Assembly (NCBI GenBank): GCA_009711785.1
Contig: VENA01000016.1
Coordinates: forward strand, 217,647-281,646
Length of the DNA: 64,000 bases
Source: Bacillota bacterium
GTDB lineage: Bacteria; Bacillota; Clostridia; Tissierellales; MES13
Direction of reading: 5' to 3'
A program made the translations under genes and the position numbers. The notes under the pieces were generated by a model that made no database searches, was not told the origin of the DNA, and saw only the letters and a list, made by a program, of their open reading frames with translations. Position 1 is the stretch's first letter. Each line of letters opens with the position of its first letter. This document shows, piece by piece, positions 60,220-64,000 of the stretch.

Positions 60220-61071
60220 TTATTTGCTATCTCTATGGTCTATTACTACTCTATGTCCTTTATCTTTAAGATACTCATATAGTATATTTGCAATGGTTAC
60301 TGATCTATGTTTTCCCCCTGTACATCCCATAGCTATAACTAGCTGAGCTTTTCCTTCTTTTGTATAGTAAGGAATTAAAAAATCAATCATATCATTTAAC
60401 CTTTTTACAAATTCCTTACTCTGATCATAATTCATTACATAGTCTCTAACCTTTTTATCATTTCCTGTAAAATCCCTAAGTTCATCAATATAGTGAGGAT
60501 TAGGTAAAAATCTAACGTCAAAAACTAAATCTGCATCTAAAGGTATTCCATACTTAAAACCAAAGGATAGTATAGAGATAGTTAAATTATTAGAATCCTT
60601 ACCCTCTAAAAATATTTTTTTGATTTCTTCTTTTAGTTTACCTAATTTGAAATTACTTGTATCAATAATATTATCTGACTTTTGTCTTACTTCCTTTAAT
60701 TCTTCTCTTTCCTCTTTTATTCCATCTATTATTCTTCCATTAGGATTTAATGGATGGGGTCTTCTTAATTCTTTATATCTTTTTATTAGCACCTCATTTG
60801 ATGCGTCTAAAAATAATATTCTATAACTATATCCATGATCTTTTAAAACTTTTAAACTTTGAAATAAATCGTTAAAAAACTTTCCACCCCGTATATCTAC
60901 AACCAATGCAACCTTCCTAATTTTATCCTTTGATTGATAACATAAATCAACAAATTTAGGCAATAATGATGGTGGAAGGTTGTCCATACAATAAAATCCT
61001 ATATCCTCCATAACTTTTATAGCTTGACTTTTTCCAGCCCCAGATAAACCTGTTACTATTACAAATTCCAT
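60220..61071 (-). CDS. rapZ: RNase adapter protein RapZ (YvcJ)
   Basis: 283 aa. Walker A GLSGAGKS and C-terminal [10 protein letters not shown]. Confidence 0.9.
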   Translation of the reverse strand: MEFVIVTGLSGAGKSQAIKVMEDIGFYCMDNLPPSLLPKFVDLCYQSKDKIRKVALVVDIRGGKFFNDLFQSLKVLKDHGYSYRILFLDASNEVLIKRYKELRRPHPLNPNGRIIDGIKEEREELKEVRQKSDNIIDTSNFKLGKLKEEIKKIFLEGKDSNNLTISILSFGFKYGIPLDADLVFDVRFLPNPHYIDELRDFTGNDKKVRDYVMNYDQSKEFVKRLNDMIDFLIPYYTKEGKAQLVIAMGCTGGKHRSVTIANILYEYLKDKGHRVVIDHRDSK

Positions 61072-61105
61072 AAAGGCCTCCTTTTATATTTAAGTTCATA
61101 TTAAC

Positions 61106-61840
61106 CTAGCTTTCTTTAGCATTAATTATTCTATCTACACTTAAGTTTGCTCTAAAAGCTCTTTCAATGCCTTTTTTTACATTTCCCACATCCTTAGGTG
61201 TATGGGCATCACTATTTATCATAAATTTCACATCTTCTTTCATGGCAATTTTTAAATATTCTAAAGTTAACTGACCATGACTTGCATTTATCTCTAATGC
61301 AGTATTTCTTTTAGATGCTGCTTTAGCTAATTCTAATGTATCTATATCCACCTTAGCTCCTGGATGGGTTATAAGGTCTATATCATATTTATTTATAGCA
61401 TTAATTACAGCCTTAGTATTTAAATATCTTGCCTTTCTTTCTAAACTAGTTGATATTTTAGCTAAGTTATTTAAAACAAACATCTTATAGATATCTCCAA
61501 AAGAATAAGGCATTGCTCCAAAATGAAAACCTACAAGTAAAATATCTATCATTTCTATTATTTTTTCATCAACATCTATTCTTCCATCATATCCAATAAT
61601 GTTAGCTTCTACGCCCATTAATATTTTAATGTCTTTAAATTCCTTATTTAATTTATCTATTTCATTTCTCATTTTTGAAAAATTCTTATACTTAACTCCA
61701 AAACCTATATGATTAGGTCCATGGTCACATATAGCAATTTCTCTAAGTCCTTTTTTTCTTGCACTTTCAACATTTTCCCGTATAGTTCCTTTACCATGAC
61801 TATATACTGTATGGGTATGGTAATCTGCAAATATTCTCAT
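61106..61840 (-). CDS. PHP domain-containing phosphoesterase
   Basis: 244 aa with an N-terminal DYHTHTVYSHGKG motif. Confidence 0.75.
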   Translation of the reverse strand: MRIFADYHTHTVYSHGKGTIRENVESARKKGLREIAICDHGPNHIGFGVKYKNFSKMRNEIDKLNKEFKDIKILMGVEANIIGYDGRIDVDEKIIEMIDILLVGFHFGAMPYSFGDIYKMFVLNNLAKISTSLERKARYLNTKAVINAINKYDIDLITHPGAKVDIDTLELAKAASKRNTALEINASHGQLTLEYLKIAMKEDVKFMINSDAHTPKDVGNVKKGIERAFRANLSVDRIINAKES

Positions 61841-61908
61841 TAGTTACTCTCCTTTTAAGTTGTTATAATATTATTTTTAAACTAACAACTTTAATCTATA
61901 CAATATAT

Positions 61909-62829
61909 TTACTTTTCGCCTATTATTTTTACCTCAGGTTCTAATAATACATTATGCTTATCCCTTACTGTCTTTTGTACAAATCTAATTAAGTTAACTA
62001 CATCTTCACAATTAGCATTTCCTAAATTAACTACAAAACCACAATGTTTATCTGAAACTTGAGCATCTCCATATCTAGCTCCCTTTAATCCTGATACTTC
62101 AATTAATCTTCCAGCATAATCACCCTTAGGTCTTTTAAATGTACTACCAGCACTTGCTAAATTTATAGGTTGTTTAGCATTTCTTTTTTTAGTTAATTCA
62201 TCCATATAGGATTTTATATTATTATAATCACCTTTTTTTAATTTAATTTCTGCTTCTACTACTAATAAATTATCCTCATGAACTCTACTATGTCTATAAC
62301 CAAAATGCATCTGTTCATTGTTAAATTCTAATATATCCCCATTTAAGTCAATACATTTAACCTTATCTATAACATCTTTCATTTCCGTTCCATATGCCCC
62401 TGCATTCATAGCTACTGCTCCTCCTAAAGAGCCAGGCACACCACTTACACCCTCTAATCCTGTTAAAGAGTTTCTAAGTGCTACTTTTGCTATTTTAGAT
62501 AATTTACTACCAGCCTTTGCTATAATTTTTTCATCTGATACAAATACATCATTAAAATTATCTCCAATTTTTATTACTACACCTCTTATCCCTTTATCCC
62601 TTACTAATAAATTTGTACCATTGCCTATTATATAATAATTAATAAGTTTATCTTTACATAATTTTATAGCCATAGCTATATCATTAACTGTATTTGGTAG
62701 TACCATTATATCTGCTGGTCCTCCAATTTTAAAATATGTATGCTCTTTCATAGGTTCATCTATTAAAACTTCACCTTTAAGCTCACTATTAAAAAGATTA
62801 AATATTTCTTCTTTGTTCAAGAAAATCAA
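61909..62829 (-). CDS. murB: UDP-N-acetylenolpyruvoylglucosamine reductase
   Basis: 306 aa. FKIGGPAD, GNGTNLLV and AGSTFKRP motifs. Confidence 0.9.
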   Translation of the reverse strand: MIFLNKEEIFNLFNSELKGEVLIDEPMKEHTYFKIGGPADIMVLPNTVNDIAMAIKLCKDKLINYYIIGNGTNLLVRDKGIRGVVIKIGDNFNDVFVSDEKIIAKAGSKLSKIAKVALRNSLTGLEGVSGVPGSLGGAVAMNAGAYGTEMKDVIDKVKCIDLNGDILEFNNEQMHFGYRHSRVHEDNLLVVEAEIKLKKGDYNNIKSYMDELTKKRNAKQPINLASAGSTFKRPKGDYAGRLIEVSGLKGARYGDAQVSDKHCGFVVNLGNANCEDVVNLIRFVQKTVRDKHNVLLEPEVKIIGEK

Positions 62830-62901
62830 CTCCTAAATCTTAAGATTAACATTACATATTAAAAGTATATCTTTTTTTTTGTACATAAACAAGTATATTA
62901 C

Positions 62902-64000
62902 CTACTTAAGTAAATTTTCAATTTGATTTTCAGCTTCAATTAAGGCTTCTTTACTAGATTTTTTACCTATAATTGCTAGCCTTATTTGATTTTGTAATAT
63001 CCTATCTATCTCTTTCCACTTTTTATGTTTAGGTAATGTTTTTGTATATGTTAATGAATCTTTAAGTTTTCTCATGTTTTTATCATTTTTATATAAGTTT
63101 TCTATATCTCTTTTAGCAGGAAAAACTCCTAGATCCTCTAACTTATATTGGTATTTATCCTGTATAATAAATTTTATAAATTCCATACACATATCTAACT
63201 TTTCTTTATCCTCTTGTTTAAATACTCCATATGCACTTACACTATTATTTAATGTAATAGGTATTTTTCTATCTCCTATTGGATAATTAGCTATACTAAA
63301 TTCAAAACCCTCTCCCTTATCATACCTATTTTCTAACACTCTTTTTGCCCACGAGCCAGTAGGATATGCAGCTACCTTTCCATTATAAAACATCTCCCAA
63401 GCTTTATTTTCATCTAGCAATCCAAAATCCTTAGGAGTTACCTTATATTCATTTTTTAACTTTACTACTTTTTTTATACCCTTTAAAGCTTTATCTCCTG
63501 AAAATACATATTTTTTATCTTCATTTATTATTTCAGCACCATCACTTAATATAATGCCCCATATATTATAGTAATTAGGCTTTATAAATGACACAAAACC
63601 ATATCTATCTATTTCTCCATCATTATCAGAATCCCATGTTAACTCTTTCATTTTTTTTATAAATTCATCATATGTCCAATTTCCATCAACAGGGGGTTCT
63701 ATACCCCTTTCTCTAAACATTTCCATATTTAAATACATCCCATAAGTCGTCATCATAAAGGGTACTCCCCATAACTTATCATTATAAGTTACTGCTTTTA
63801 AACTTTGATATTTAAACTCAGCTAATTCATCCTTTGTAAAATATCCATTGAGTGGCTCTAATATATTTTCATTCATATATTTAAAGTCACACCCCACTGA
63901 AGCTATATCAGGTAAGTTCCCTGTTTTTGCTGCAACTTCTAATTTAATTGGCCCTTTTTCCCAACTTATAGGAGTTAATTCTATATATACCCCAGGATGA
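62902..64000 (-). CDS. ABC transporter extracellular solute-binding protein (sugar type), C-terminal part; gene continues past the window end
   Basis: The track ORF starts at an internal GTG (63897), but the frame stays open to position 64000 (...HPGVYIELTPISWEKGPIKLEVAAKTGNLPDIASVGCDFKY...). Confidence 0.7.
   Translation of the reverse strand, partial: HPGVYIELTPISWEKGPIKLEVAAKTGNLPDIASVGCDFKYMNENILEPLNGYFTKDELAEFKYQSLKAVTYNDKLWGVPFMMTTYGMYLNMEMFRERGIEPPVDGNWTYDEFIKKMKELTWDSDNDGEIDRYGFVSFIKPNYYNIWGIILSDGAEIINEDKKYVFSGDKALKGIKKVVKLKNEYKVTPKDFGLLDENKAWEMFYNGKVAAYPTGSWAKRVLENRYDKGEGFEFSIANYPIGDRKIPITLNNSVSAYGVFKQEDKEKLDMCMEFIKFIIQDKYQYKLEDLGVFPAKRDIENLYKNDKNMRKLKDSLTYTKTLPKHKKWKEIDRILQNQIRLAIIGKKSSKEALIEAENQIENLLK

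Noticed and set aside
2044-63286. About 35 short ORFs (60-165 aa) antisense to long well-supported genes, for example 2044-2355, 6391-6573, 6630-6890, 7164-7406, 19696-20037, 22724-23218, 39565-39858, 46419-46829, 47565-47903, 49912-50400, 57808-58062 and 62318-62635
   Set aside because: All are embedded in the opposite strand of genes with strong family motifs. They show the Ser/Phe/Ile/Leu-rich composition expected from reverse-complemented AT-rich coding sequence. None has a convincing SD sequence.
1-64000. CRISPR arrays, tRNA/rRNA genes, IS elements, prophage genes
   Set aside because: I found no regularly spaced direct repeats, no GC-rich cloverleaf-like segments in the intergenic regions, and no transposase, integrase or phage structural motifs in any frame I read.

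Overview
This is a very AT-rich, Clostridia-like chromosomal segment, about 90% coding and mostly on the minus strand. I found no rRNA, tRNA, CRISPR array, transposase or integrase.

Conserved housekeeping block (minus strand): murB, PHP phosphoesterase, rapZ (yvcJ), yvcK, then a ~12 kb insert, then whiA, HPr-like, dnaE, pfkA, pyk.

Other content:
- SOD, msrA, DegV and an EamA transporter.
- A TetR-controlled ABC-2 exporter.
- A mannitol-family PTS operon with a PRD regulator, a YggC/FrcK-like kinase and a SorE-like Zn-dehydrogenase.
- A PPi-type phosphofructokinase.
- Two reductive-dehalogenase/QueG-like Fe-S proteins flanking a TetR gene.
- Tandem RlmD/RumA-type methyltransferases.
- Class II (B12) ribonucleotide reductase with NrdR boxes.
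- A MalT/LuxR-type regulator, an orphan histidine kinase and a tryptophanase-family lyase.

Main finding (4056-5462, minus strand): an hgcA-hgcB mercury-methylation gene pair that the ORF track truncates, because each gene carries one in-frame TGA.
- In hgcB the TGA sits, as far as I recall the family alignment, where HgcB has its conserved mid-tail Cys. Reading through it restores the C-terminal Cys-Cys tail.
- In hgcA the TGA is codon 10, directly after a Cys. It lies between the only canonical start codon with a Shine-Dalgarno (SD) sequence and the conserved corrinoid-binding domain.
- Both TGAs are followed 20-30 nt downstream by a stem-loop with a G-containing apical loop, as in a bacterial selenocysteine insertion element (SECIS).
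- Every CDS stop codon I checked in the window is TAA or TAG.

Together this points to selenocysteine-containing HgcA and HgcB. All homology calls come from reading motifs by eye; no searches were run.
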